A DNA stretch of 64,000 nucleotides from Myxococcota bacterium (GTDB taxonomy: Bacteria; Myxococcota_A; Polyangia; Nannocystales; Nannocystaceae): the NCBI GenBank assembly GCA_039028615.1, contig JBCCHT010000009.1, positions 160,001 through 224,000 of the forward strand, in the 5' to 3' direction. The translations under genes and the position numbers were made by a program. Positions 38,877-48,745 of the stretch are shown here, in pieces. How positions within the stretch are numbered: the stretch's first letter is position 1; every line of letters begins with the position of its first letter. The notes under the pieces were generated by a model. That model was given only the letters and a program-made list of their open reading frames with translations, did no database searches and had not been told where the DNA came from.

Positions 38877-41800
38877 ATGCCCGCGATCTATCCGCAGACC
38901 CTATCCGGTGGTTCCGTCGTTGCGCTCGCTCCGGCCACGGTGGCCAGCAACTGGGCGGACACGCTCGTCGTCAACGACCCGGACTTCGCGTTCAGCGACG
39001 AGCCTCCGGGGGGGCTTCCCGCCGATCGATTCATCTTCATCAGCGTTGCGTTTCGGCTGTTCCAGCCGGGCACCAACATCGAAGTGGCGGACAATATCGC
39101 TCATAACCTGCGGTTCAGCGCCGTACCGGCGCATTGGTTCGAGTCCGAGAATTTCGACCCCGCACTCACGGATCGAATCGTCAGTGGGGTTCTGCCGGAG
39201 CCGAGCGACCCGGTCGCGGGCGGAGGCACGGCCCAAACCATCGCGGCTCAGGGACTGGTCACGGTACTCGGAGAAGAGGTCTTTCCCATCTACGCGACGA
39301 TCTCGGCGACCAAGCCGGCCGACAACATTCGTCGGCTGGAGATCATGCTCGACGACGACAACGACGAGTACAACACGACGCACCAGTGGGTGCTGATCGT
39401 GCGCTCCGAGTACGACGTTCGGGAGCTGACGTGGGCGGTCGCCCCGGCGAGCGCGGCTCCCTCTGCGCCGTGGAGCGACTCGGAGCAGCCGTGGATTCAC
39501 ATTCCGAGCAACACGGTCGACGTCAACGGCGGGTTGGCGGTCCCACCGAATAGCGAGACGGATGTCGCGGTGCCGGTCACCAACTATGGCCCCGGCTCGC
39601 TGGAGATCCCGAGCGGAAACCTCGGTGCTGGTTCGTTGGGGTTCTCGATCGCGGCTCCGGTCACCATCCCGCCCGCGAGCACGGGCTCGATCGTCGTGCG
39701 GTTCTCGGCACCGGCCGCGGCCAGCGTTGTGGAGCTGAACGCGAGCGTTTCTGGAGATCCGGCCGCGATCGCGTTGTCGACCAACGCGGCCTCCGAGCAC
39801 AATTCCGAGCTCTCCATGTCGGCTACGGTCGGTGCCGTAGACCTGGCCCTGGTGCTCGACACCTCGGGCAGCATGAGATGGTCGCGCGACGGCCTCGTCA
39901 AGAACCCGGCGATCGGGGAACGTCGATGGGACGATTTCACCGAAGCCGCGGCCTCGCTGGCGAACGACTACGTCAACTTTCTCGGCGACGGGGTGGGGTC
40001 GCTCGACGCGGGTCGGCTCTCGGTCGCGTTGTTCCCCGGCGGAGCCCCCGACGGCATATTGCCCGGGTTCGACGGCTCTGCGCCGCTGACGAGCAGCACG
40101 GCGTCGAACCTGCGAAGTGCACTCGAGGCGATCACTCCCACCGGGAACACCCCGATGGGCGTGGGCATCGGCCGGGCCATGGGCATCGGCAACGACCTGG
40201 GGCTGTTCGAGGATTCGTCGAGCAGTCGGTGGATGGTGCTCATGTCCGACGGTGAGCACAACACGGGCCAGGACCCCGAGGAGTACGCCGACGGCAACGA
40301 CAACCCGCCGGATTTCTTCGACAAGAACGTCCGTCTGATCACGGTCGCGTACGGCCTCGCCGGAGAAACCGAGGTCGACCACGCGCGGCTCGAGGGGTTG
40401 GTGACCAGCACTGCCGCCGAAGAGGTGGCCGCCGAGATCCCCGACGGCGAGCGCTCGTCGGCAGTCGTTCACGGAACCGGCGATGTCGTGTCCAAGTTCC
40501 GAACACTGCTGACCAAGGTGCTCGGGGTCTCCGAGCTCGTGGACCCGTGGGCCTCGTTGAGCCCAGGTGCCTCCAATACGCACGAATTCACCGTGTCCAA
40601 GCTCGACGATGGGCTGAGCGCGATGGTGAACTGGCCGGGGGCGGCGGGGGGGAAACTCCTCCAGGTCTCGCTCGCCTCGCCGCTATGCGAGGTCTTCGAC
40701 GAAGGGGCGCTGTCCCGACACGAAGTGCTGCGCCTACACGGCTCGCGGCATCTCAAGAGCGTGTTCGTGCCCAAGGCCTTCGTCCATGGCGCCATCGATG
40801 GTCGCACCCGATACGGGACCTGGAAGCTCATCGTGCGCCACCTGGATGCGGGCAACGAGGGGGAAGCTCCGTCGCTCGACTACAACTACTCCATCCTCTG
40901 CGCATCGCGGCTGAGGCTCGGGCTCTCGCTCGCCGAGACGTCGCACGAGACCGGGCAACCGCTGCAGTTTTCGGCGAAGCTGCGACTATCGGGAGGCCTG
41001 CCGGTGGAGGGCGCAACGGTCAAGCTCGCGCTCACGCGGCCGACGAGCAGCTACAACAATGCGCTCGCGGGCACTTCGGTGGGGCCCAAGCAGCTCGAGC
41101 CGGTGTCGGAGCTCATGGCCGAAGTGGACCCGCTCGCGGGATGGGCCGTGAAGGCGCACGCCATCAAGCTGATGCTCGGCCAGGACTTGGTGATGCCGAC
41201 ACTGACCACCGAGGTCCCCATGGTCGAGACGGAGCCCGGGGTCTATCGATTCGAGTTCGAGCAGACGTTCTTGCCCGGGACCTATCAGGCCTTGATCGTA
41301 GCCACGGGGACCGCAGACGGAGAATCGTTCCGGCGAGAGGCGACCGTCCAGGCTCAGGTCGTGGCTCGACCGGAGCCCGAAGCCACGGAGATCGACTACC
41401 AGTTCGGTCTCGATGGGCAGCTGATCGCGCACGTGCGTCTCCAAGATGCGTACGGGAACACGGTGCTGGCCGAACTCGGTGATCGACCCGAGGTCAGCGT
41501 GGAGGCGCGGGGACTACCACCGTCCGGTGAGATCCAGACCAACTACGACGGCTGGTACACGCAGGCCTTTCCCGCCGCGACGGAGCCGACGCAGTTGGTC
41601 GTGCGCTACGACGATGAAATCGTCAGTGAGCCCGAGGTCATTCCAGTCCTCGAGCACATGCGGTGGATGGAAGAGGTGCTCTTCTACCGGAGCGCACCGA
41701 AAGAAGACGATGCGCACTCGGACCCGAAGGTGGCGCTGGGACCCGTCCGGGGCCCGACCGACCCGTTCGTTGCCCTCGGTGGTGCGGGGATGATCATGCT

Positions 41801-42191
41801 GAGCAACGAGTGCCGTCGCATCCGCGCGGAGCGAATCACCGTGTTCACGCGCCCCGAGAACAGGCGTTCCTATCTGGTCGAAGGGCTCTTGCCTGGCCGC
41901 AGGAATTGCCCGCGGTGGGTCACCCTCGGTCGCTCTTCAGGCGCCATCTCGTCGTTCGATGTTGCCGGGCTGGGAGTGCGTTGTCTTCAGGCGATTCGAA
42001 TCGTCGATACGACTGGAATCCTGCCGCACGACGAGTCCGATGCGGCCGGCGTGATGCTGCTGGGCGTTGGCTATACGCCGTCCCGCGGTCGCGATCGCAG
42101 ACGTCGGCGTCGGCGTCGCAGACGACGGTGGCTTCGTCGCCTCAACGAGTTCGTGGCCGACGCCGTCGATCGAACACGACGCGACGACTGA
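38877..42191 (+). CDS. large multidomain VWA protein (Ig-like + VWA + beta-sandwich domains, poly-Arg tail)
   Basis: VTNYGPGSLEI...TIPPASTGSIVVRF (ASH/Ig-like), LVLDTSGSM, GNTPMG, LMSDGE (MIDAS), GTWKL, EPGVY..PGTY; no signal peptide visible. Confidence 0.85.
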   Translation: MPAIYPQTLSGGSVVALAPATVASNWADTLVVNDPDFAFSDEPPGGLPADRFIFISVAFRLFQPGTNIEVADNIAHNLRFSAVPAHWFESENFDPALTDRIVSGVLPEPSDPVAGGGTAQTIAAQGLVTVLGEEVFPIYATISATKPADNIRRLEIMLDDDNDEYNTTHQWVLIVRSEYDVRELTWAVAPASAAPSAPWSDSEQPWIHIPSNTVDVNGGLAVPPNSETDVAVPVTNYGPGSLEIPSGNLGAGSLGFSIAAPVTIPPASTGSIVVRFSAPAAASVVELNASVSGDPAAIALSTNAASEHNSELSMSATVGAVDLALVLDTSGSMRWSRDGLVKNPAIGERRWDDFTEAAASLANDYVNFLGDGVGSLDAGRLSVALFPGGAPDGILPGFDGSAPLTSSTASNLRSALEAITPTGNTPMGVGIGRAMGIGNDLGLFEDSSSSRWMVLMSDGEHNTGQDPEEYADGNDNPPDFFDKNVRLITVAYGLAGETEVDHARLEGLVTSTAAEEVAAEIPDGERSSAVVHGTGDVVSKFRTLLTKVLGVSELVDPWASLSPGASNTHEFTVSKLDDGLSAMVNWPGAAGGKLLQVSLASPLCEVFDEGALSRHEVLRLHGSRHLKSVFVPKAFVHGAIDGRTRYGTWKLIVRHLDAGNEGEAPSLDYNYSILCASRLRLGLSLAETSHETGQPLQFSAKLRLSGGLPVEGATVKLALTRPTSSYNNALAGTSVGPKQLEPVSELMAEVDPLAGWAVKAHAIKLMLGQDLVMPTLTTEVPMVETEPGVYRFEFEQTFLPGTYQALIVATGTADGESFRREATVQAQVVARPEPEATEIDYQFGLDGQLIAHVRLQDAYGNTVLAELGDRPEVSVEARGLPPSGEIQTNYDGWYTQAFPAATEPTQLVVRYDDEIVSEPEVIPVLEHMRWMEEVLFYRSAPKEDDAHSDPKVALGPVRGPTDPFVALGGAGMIMLSNECRRIRAERITVFTRPENRRSYLVEGLLPGRRNCPRWVTLGRSSGAISSFDVAGLGVRCLQAIRIVDTTGILPHDESDAAGVMLLGVGYTPSRGRDRRRRRRRRRRRWLRRLNEFVADAVDRTRRDD

Positions 42192-42231
42192 ACTCGATAG
42201 CCGAGCCCAACCCTTCTCCTCACCGACTCTC

Positions 42232-42843
42232 ATGGCCGCATTTACTGCCGTACGCGCCGTCAGTGACTCCATCGTGGGGTTTCTGAACGCACGCCACCAG
42301 ACGGAGGGCATGCCCGGCGAGGAGGGCGTGCGCTTCGCCGAGCGCTATCCCGCCACGATTCGGTTGGTCTCCAGCGGTGAGCTGGCCGACGACAACGCGA
42401 CACAGTCGTTCGAGCCTGCGCTGCTGCTGTACTTGTATCGCATCGGAGTCAACGAACAGCTGCGCACTGCGAACCGACTCGGCGACCAACGGCGCGGACC
42501 GATGCATCTCGATCTGCACTACATGCTCAGCGTCTGGTCGTCGTCGGCCGACACCGAGCACACCCTGATGACCTGGGCACTCCGCACCATTCAGGACAAC
42601 CCGGTCCTCGACTCGTCGTTCCTGAGCCCGGAAGGTATGTGGGAGCGACACGATGCGATCCAGCTGACGCCCGAGGAACTCACCAACGAAGACCTCCTGC
42701 GGCTGTGGGACGGGTTGGTGCCCTCGTATCGCATGAGCTACACGTACGTCGCTCGCGTGGTGACCATCGATCCCGCGGACCCCGAGACCTACGGCAACGT
42801 CATCGTTCGCGACATCACGGTGCGCGACGAGGAGAGAGACTGA
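42232..42843 (+). CDS. DUF4255/Pvc16/Afp16-like eCIS cap (tail terminator) protein
   Basis: AVSDSIVGFL, LLYLYRIGVNEQLR, LDLHYMLSVW, LQDNP-like IQDNPVL, LLRLWDGL..SYRMSYTYVARVVTID. Confidence 0.85.
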   Translation: MAAFTAVRAVSDSIVGFLNARHQTEGMPGEEGVRFAERYPATIRLVSSGELADDNATQSFEPALLLYLYRIGVNEQLRTANRLGDQRRGPMHLDLHYMLSVWSSSADTEHTLMTWALRTIQDNPVLDSSFLSPEGMWERHDAIQLTPEELTNEDLLRLWDGLVPSYRMSYTYVARVVTIDPADPETYGNVIVRDITVRDEERD

Positions 42844-43677
42844 ATGCCCGCGGTGATCGAAATAGCCGATCGCGCGCTCGCGGGGATTCGTTTCGAGGAT
42901 GCCGCGACGCGGACCCCCGTCAGCGAGCCCTTGCACGTCAGCGCGCAGGGACTGTCGCTCTATCGGAATCATCGACACATCTACGTCGTACGCGAGGCGG
43001 CGGGGCTGGAGGCCCATGTTCATGCCGTGGGGGCCGCCCCCGCCCTTCCCGTGCCCGGCTTGCTGCCCTTCGAGGTCGAGGTACGCGACCCAACCGGCCT
43101 GTACCTCCCTCGTCGCTTCACCCTGGACCTTCCCCGGGTCGACCACGCGGACGACGACGACGCCGCGCATCGCCTGGTGAACGTGACGCTCTATCGCTCG
43201 CCGCTGGCCCCGAGCTCTCTGCATTGGGCGTTGGTGCGGGTGCGCCTGGAAGACGCGGCCGGAAACCCGGTGCCGGGGCTGGTGCGGGTGGTGTTCGAGC
43301 CCGCGGCGCCCGACGAGCCAGAAGTGCTGGGCATGGGGATGAGCGTGGTCGCCGATCCGCTCGCTGCGGAACTCGCCCGGCGTGCTCCCCCCGGCGGGCG
43401 CTGGGTGCACTTCGATGCGCGTCAGCACGGGGAGGTCTGTGTCCCCGTGGTCGGTCTATCGAGCACGGTGTGGAGCGATGGCTCCGGGACCGACCCGGAC
43501 ACGGTGACACTCGATGCGGTTCCCGTGGTGCTCGAGGTCATTCCGATGGCGACGGCCGGGGGCCTCCCCAATCCCGATCTCAGCGTCGATGCCGTCGCGG
43601 ACGACGACAATCGACACGATCTTCAACTACGCGTGGGCCAAGAGTTCGTCGTCGGCCCTCTCGAAGTAACCCTTTGA
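42844..43677 (+). CDS. eCIS-associated hypothetical protein (possible cap adaptor)
   Basis: Abuts the DUF4255 gene (TGAATG); GIRFEDAAT, VRDPTGLYLPRRF, beta-rich sequence. Confidence 0.7.
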   Translation: MPAVIEIADRALAGIRFEDAATRTPVSEPLHVSAQGLSLYRNHRHIYVVREAAGLEAHVHAVGAAPALPVPGLLPFEVEVRDPTGLYLPRRFTLDLPRVDHADDDDAAHRLVNVTLYRSPLAPSSLHWALVRVRLEDAAGNPVPGLVRVVFEPAAPDEPEVLGMGMSVVADPLAAELARRAPPGGRWVHFDARQHGEVCVPVVGLSSTVWSDGSGTDPDTVTLDAVPVVLEVIPMATAGGLPNPDLSVDAVADDDNRHDLQLRVGQEFVVGPLEVTL

Positions 43678-43719
43678 TGCGACCCGTTTTCGTTCCGTAA
43701 CGGAAGAGGAAGAACACCG

Positions 43720-46161
43720 ATGCCCGAATACCTGGCGCCAGCCGTATACGTCGAAGAGACCAGTTTTCGGTCCAAGCCGCTCGAAGGGGTGAGTACGAGC
43801 ACGACTGCATTCGTCGGCCTCACCCGCCGTGGGCCCGTGACCACCGAGGTCGAGAACCTGTCCGATGAGGAGCGTGAACTCATCACGCCCGAGTTGGTGA
43901 CCAGCGTCCCCGACTTCGAGCGCCTGTATGGAGGGACGACTCCGCTCCAGCATGTCGGCGCAGACGAGCGCACCAACTACCTGGCACAGGCGGTGCGGGG
44001 CTTCTTTGCCAACGGCGGCCGTCGGCTCTACGTCGCGCGGGTGTTTCGACGCTCTGTGGGCACCCATGGGCGTGCCGCGAGTCGGTTCATCGTGGGGGCC
44101 GACGGGGACCCGGTTCGGGCGCGATTCGAGGCACGAACTCCCGGAGCGGCCGGCAACGGCCGGATCACCGTCACGCAGCTGACCGCGCCGGCGACCCCCA
44201 ACTCTCTGAACAACGCGCTCGAGGGGACGATGATCCGCACGGGCGCGCAAGACCCCCGCACGCCCAGCACGGGCCAAGGAGGTGTGCCCGACTTCCGGGT
44301 GGGCGCAGGGGCGGAGTTCGCTCTCGACGTCGATGGCAACCCGTTCTCGATCACGTTCGAAGGGCGTCGCGCGCAGGTCTCTACTCCCGCGGGGTTGCCC
44401 GAGCCGGTGGTGATCGCGGCGGGGGAGGCCGACCTCGAAGTCACCGTCAACGGCCTCACGCAGACCGTCTCGTTGCCCGTGGGGAACATCCCGCGCACGG
44501 AGCTGGCGCTGCGACTCAACGAAGCGCTGCAAGGCGGGGCGTTCGCGACCCTGACCGCCGGCGACGAGCTGGTGATCGGTAGCGAGATCGAAGGGGCGGA
44601 CTCGCGGGTGGCGGTGGCTGCCAATCCTTCCTTCGGGTTCCCAGCCGATGCTGCCGATGATGCGAGCGTCGACAGCAACGTCGCGAACCTCAACGCGGTC
44701 ACGGCCAACGAGATCAACGGATTACTCGCCGCCGCGGCCGCGCCGGTCGATGTCTCTCTAGATCCGGCCACGCTGCGGCTGGTGCTCACGACGCAATCGG
44801 TCGGCGCGGGCTCGCTCATCACGGTGGTGGACCCGGGGGCAGGCAACTCGGCCCATGCTGCCCTCGGTTTCACGCTCGGCGCCCAGACTCCGGGGCAAGA
44901 CGGGCAAGTGGTGCAGTACTACGTCAAGACCGGGTCGGCGTGGCTGGATGCGGGTGATAACCCCGGGGTCTTCGATCCCATGCCGGACGGTGGGGTCGAG
45001 TTCGTCTCGATCAACGTGGAGGCTCGAGACGCCGATGGCTTCCGGCAGAACTTCGAGGATCTGGCCCTATCTCCCGCTCACCCGAGCTACATCGGTGCCG
45101 TGATCGCGCCGATGCCCGCGCGACGACGGAGCCAGCTCGAGAACCTGGTCGCGCTGGTGGTCGAGGGCAACGTGACGCCGTTCCAGCTGCGAGAGGGGCT
45201 CCTCGGCGCGGCGGGGGTCGGTGGGGCCAATCCAGAGCAACGCGTGGCCGTCGCGCTGCCCATGACGGGCGGCAACGACGGTGACGAACCCTCGGCCGAG
45301 GAGTTCCGAGAGGCACTGAACGCCCTCGATGCCCTCGAGGGGGTCTCGATCGTTGCGGCTCCGGGCTCCAGCGCCAACCCGGCCCATGCGGCGATTCGCA
45401 ACCACGTCATCACCCACGTCGAGCAGCGCCGCGCCTACAAGATCGCCGTGCTCGATCCTCCCGAGGGGCAAACCCTCGGTGAAGTGCGGGGCGTTCGGGC
45501 GTCCTTCGATAGTCGCTACGCCGCGCTCTACTACCCGTGGCTCGTGGTACCCAACCCGGACTCCGCCCCGGGGAATCGCTCGCGTCCGGCCGAGATTCGC
45601 GTGCCGCCGTCGGGTCATATCTGTGGGGTCTATGCGCGGTCCGACGCCGAGCGAGGAGTGCACAAGGCTCCCGCCAACGAGGTCCTTCGCGGGGTCACGC
45701 GCTTCGAGACCAACATCAACATGCGTCAGCAAGAGGCGCTGAACCCCGAAGGCATCAACGCGCTGCGGTCTTTCCCCGGACGCGGCAACCGGATCTGGGG
45801 GGCTCGGCTCGCGTCTTCCGACCCCGAACTCAAGTACGTCAACGTGCGGCGCTACCTCAACTACATCGCCGCGACGCTCGACCGAGGCACGCAGTGGGTC
45901 GTGTTCGAGCCTAACGGTGAGCTGCTGTGGGCTCGCGTACGCTCGACGGTGAGAGACTTTCTGTACAACGAGTGGGTCGGGGGCGCGCTGCTGGGGAGCA
46001 CCCAGGACGAGGCCTTCTCGGCGCGGTGTGATCGCTCGATCATGACGCAGAACGACTTGGACAACGGTCGGCTCGTCTGCGAGGTCGGGATGGCGATCGT
46101 CAAGCCGGCGGAATTCGTAATTTTCCGAATTGGCCAGAAAACGGCCAACGCGAACGGATGA
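43720..46161 (+). CDS. contractile tail sheath protein 1 (with large insertion)
   Basis: MPEYLAPAVYVEE, GVSTSTTAFVG, AVRGFFANGG, YAALYYPW, PPSGHICGVYAR, GVHKAPAN, LNPEGINALR, IWGAR, YVNVRR, WVVFEPN, KPAEFVIFRI. Confidence 0.96.
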   Translation: MPEYLAPAVYVEETSFRSKPLEGVSTSTTAFVGLTRRGPVTTEVENLSDEERELITPELVTSVPDFERLYGGTTPLQHVGADERTNYLAQAVRGFFANGGRRLYVARVFRRSVGTHGRAASRFIVGADGDPVRARFEARTPGAAGNGRITVTQLTAPATPNSLNNALEGTMIRTGAQDPRTPSTGQGGVPDFRVGAGAEFALDVDGNPFSITFEGRRAQVSTPAGLPEPVVIAAGEADLEVTVNGLTQTVSLPVGNIPRTELALRLNEALQGGAFATLTAGDELVIGSEIEGADSRVAVAANPSFGFPADAADDASVDSNVANLNAVTANEINGLLAAAAAPVDVSLDPATLRLVLTTQSVGAGSLITVVDPGAGNSAHAALGFTLGAQTPGQDGQVVQYYVKTGSAWLDAGDNPGVFDPMPDGGVEFVSINVEARDADGFRQNFEDLALSPAHPSYIGAVIAPMPARRRSQLENLVALVVEGNVTPFQLREGLLGAAGVGGANPEQRVAVALPMTGGNDGDEPSAEEFREALNALDALEGVSIVAAPGSSANPAHAAIRNHVITHVEQRRAYKIAVLDPPEGQTLGEVRGVRASFDSRYAALYYPWLVVPNPDSAPGNRSRPAEIRVPPSGHICGVYARSDAERGVHKAPANEVLRGVTRFETNINMRQQEALNPEGINALRSFPGRGNRIWGARLASSDPELKYVNVRRYLNYIAATLDRGTQWVVFEPNGELLWARVRSTVRDFLYNEWVGGALLGSTQDEAFSARCDRSIMTQNDLDNGRLVCEVGMAIVKPAEFVIFRIGQKTANANG

Positions 46162-46169
46162 GGTGAATC

Positions 46170-46643
46170 ATGAAGCGCACATCGCCCTACGGAAACTACA
46201 ACTTCACCGTCGACCTGAAGAGCGAGGGCGTCGACATCAGCAGTGCGTTCGGAGGGTTTTCGGACGTGTCGGGCCTGGGGACGGAGCTCACCGTCGCCGA
46301 GTACCGCAACGGTAACGACGACGAGATGCACGTGCGGAAGATTCCCGGCTTGCACTCGACGCCCGACGTGACCTGCAAACGCGGCGTACTCAACTCGAAG
46401 GATCTGTGGGAGTGGATCGAGAACACGCGGCTGCAGAGCGTCGGGCAGCAACGCAACGTCGTCATCACCATGAACGACGAAGCGGGCAAGGCGGTTCAGT
46501 CGTGGACTTTGTTCAACTGCATCCCGCTCAAGTACACGGGGCCGACCTTTGCCGGCAAAGGTGGTGGTGACGTGGCGATGGAGGAGCTGGTGTTGTCCTG
46601 CGAGGGGATTCGCCTCGACGGAGTAGGGCCGACCCGGAACTAG
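46170..46643 (+). CDS. tail tube protein (T4 gp19-like)
   Basis: PYGNYNFTV, GGFSDVSGL, EYRNGN, KIPGL, VTCKRG, LWEW, PLKYTGP, VAMEELVL. Confidence 0.95.
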   Translation: MKRTSPYGNYNFTVDLKSEGVDISSAFGGFSDVSGLGTELTVAEYRNGNDDEMHVRKIPGLHSTPDVTCKRGVLNSKDLWEWIENTRLQSVGQQRNVVITMNDEAGKAVQSWTLFNCIPLKYTGPTFAGKGGGDVAMEELVLSCEGIRLDGVGPTRN

Positions 46644-46652
46644 CGAACTACG

Positions 46653-48224
46653 ATGCTACGCGGACTCGAATTCGAGACCTGGACCGCGCCGGTCGATCGC
46701 GCGCGGAACCGAGTGGATGTGGCGTGTTTCGTCGGGCTCGCCCGACGAAGCGAACGCGCTCTGCCTCCCTTGGTCCTCGCGTGGTTGGCTCGCGAGGGAT
46801 GGGTCGATGCCCCCGGCCAGCCGAAGTCCGAGGACGTTCGGTTCGGCGATACGTGGGCCCTCGATGACTCGCCACACCTGCCGATCCCCATCGACGATTG
46901 GTCCGCGTTCAAGCAGCTGTTCAGGGGGCGGTCCACTGCGGCCGATGGTGCGTCGGAGGTCGACTACCTGGCCGCCGCCGTTCGTTCGTTCTTCGTCCAG
47001 GGCGGGCGTCGCTGCTACGTGGTCGCGGTCGGGGCTCCGATGGCGTGGGATACCGAGCGTGTGCAGCGGCTGGAGGCTCTGCCTTCGATCCTGCCGCAGC
47101 TGTCGGGCAACGTCTCTGCGATCTCGGCCACCGAGCGGAGGGACTGGCGCGGCGTCGGCGTGCTGCACGGGGTGGAAGAAGCGTCGTGGTTGGCCTTGCC
47201 GGACCTCCCGTTCCTGGCCGCGGCCGACATCGTCGAACTCGAGCCCTTCGAGCCCGAGGAGCAGCCCTTCGATGCATTCGAGGAGTGCAGCGAACACCTG
47301 CCCGAGGTGCCTGAAACGGTGCGGTCCCGGGTCGCCGCTCCGCGCTGCGATTCCGAAGAGTACCGAGAGTGGGCGACGTGGATCGCCACCGCACGGCGCT
47401 TCCTCCAGTCGTTTCGACGCGACATGCAGCTGGTGGCGGCGGTTCCTCTGCCGCAACGGGGCTCCTGGGCAGCGCGAGATCTGCTCGGGGCCCTGGCCGA
47501 GTGGCGGATCTGGGGAGGCTCGGTGGTGGAGCCCGAGCACGCGTTCGCCAGTCGCTTCGTGCAGCTGGTCTACCCATGGCTGAGATGGAGCGGTTCGGCC
47601 GGGCTGCCCGAGGACATCGAGCCTCCCGACGGCACGTTCCTCGGCGTCTTGGCCCGAGCCACGCTCCAGCAGGGGGCGTATCGCAGCGCCGTCGGGCAGC
47701 CCATCCGAGAGCTGCGATCGGTCGTGCCGCCGCTTTCTCGCGCGCAGCAAGAGCAAGAAGGCCCCGATGGACGGGTGTTGCTGGAACGCATCTCGTTGTT
47801 GGGACCCTCGGTCGAGGGGCCCACGCTTCTTTCGGATGTCACCAGCGCCGAGGAGGAGGTCTGGCGAACGGCCAACATCGTGCGACTGCATGCCGTGTGG
47901 ATCCGTGCCCTGCGGCAGGCGGGGGAGACGATGGTGTTCGAGCCTTCGTCCGAGACGGTGTGGGCGGCGGTTCGTGATCGAGTGGACCAGGTCGGCCGTA
48001 TTCTGTTTCGAGACGGAGCATTGCGAGGGCGAAGCGCGGACGAGTCGTTCTCGGTGCGTTGCGATCGCAACACGATGTCGCAGGCCGACATCGATGCTGG
48101 TCGGCTGGTGGCCGAGGTCGGCTACCTTCCCGCGGCCCCGGTCGAGCGGATCTTCATCGCACTCGCGCTCTCCGAGGACCAGCGGGTCGACGTCGTTCGA
48201 GAACTCGCGGAGGGGCAATCATGA
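46653..48224 (+). CDS. contractile tail sheath protein 2 (divergent)
   Basis: DVACFVGLARR, AVRSFFVQGG, LALPDL, QLVYPWL, PPDG, MVFEPS, GALRG, FSVRCD, DAGRLVAEV, PAAPVERI. Confidence 0.88.
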   Translation: MLRGLEFETWTAPVDRARNRVDVACFVGLARRSERALPPLVLAWLAREGWVDAPGQPKSEDVRFGDTWALDDSPHLPIPIDDWSAFKQLFRGRSTAADGASEVDYLAAAVRSFFVQGGRRCYVVAVGAPMAWDTERVQRLEALPSILPQLSGNVSAISATERRDWRGVGVLHGVEEASWLALPDLPFLAAADIVELEPFEPEEQPFDAFEECSEHLPEVPETVRSRVAAPRCDSEEYREWATWIATARRFLQSFRRDMQLVAAVPLPQRGSWAARDLLGALAEWRIWGGSVVEPEHAFASRFVQLVYPWLRWSGSAGLPEDIEPPDGTFLGVLARATLQQGAYRSAVGQPIRELRSVVPPLSRAQQEQEGPDGRVLLERISLLGPSVEGPTLLSDVTSAEEEVWRTANIVRLHAVWIRALRQAGETMVFEPSSETVWAAVRDRVDQVGRILFRDGALRGRSADESFSVRCDRNTMSQADIDAGRLVAEVGYLPAAPVERIFIALALSEDQRVDVVRELAEGQS

Positions 48225-48745
48225 CGGGCTTCGTGGCCGAGGCGATGTCGCCGTTTCCCGCCTTTCGGTTCCAGGTGGACTTCCGCGAGCATCGACTCAC
48301 TCGCGGCGAACAGCCCGGGGACCTCGTACGCCTATGTCGGGGGTCGTTTTCCGAGTGCACCGGGCTCGAGGCGACCATGGAACCCAAGGTGATCAAGGAA
48401 GGCGGGCGCAACTATGGCGCGGCCCAGCGCGTGGGTGCAGTCACCTTCGGTAGCGTCGTGCTCAAGCGGGGCATGACCTCCAATGAAGATCTGTGGCGAT
48501 GGTTCAAGCTGGTCGCCAGAGGGGGCTACGCCTATCGGCTGACGGCGGACATCACCGTGCTCGGACCTTCGACGAGCGGTGGTGAGCCCGTCGCTCGTTG
48601 GGTCTGGCGCCTGCGGCACTGCTTGCCGACCAAGTTCAAGGCGCCGGACCTCGATGCCAAGGGCGACCAGGTCGCGATCGAGGAACTCCAGCTCGCCCAC
48701 GAAGGGCTCGACTTGTTGCAGGCACCGAGGGGAGGCTCGACGTGA
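48221..48745 (+). CDS. tail tube protein 2 (gp19-like, Afp5-type)
   Basis: PFPAFRFQV, FSECTGLE, KEGGRN, VVLKRGM, LWRWF, LPTKFKAPDLDA, VAIEELQLAHEGL; ATGA overlap. Confidence 0.93.
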   Translation: MTGFVAEAMSPFPAFRFQVDFREHRLTRGEQPGDLVRLCRGSFSECTGLEATMEPKVIKEGGRNYGAAQRVGAVTFGSVVLKRGMTSNEDLWRWFKLVARGGYAYRLTADITVLGPSTSGGEPVARWVWRLRHCLPTKFKAPDLDAKGDQVAIEELQLAHEGLDLLQAPRGGST

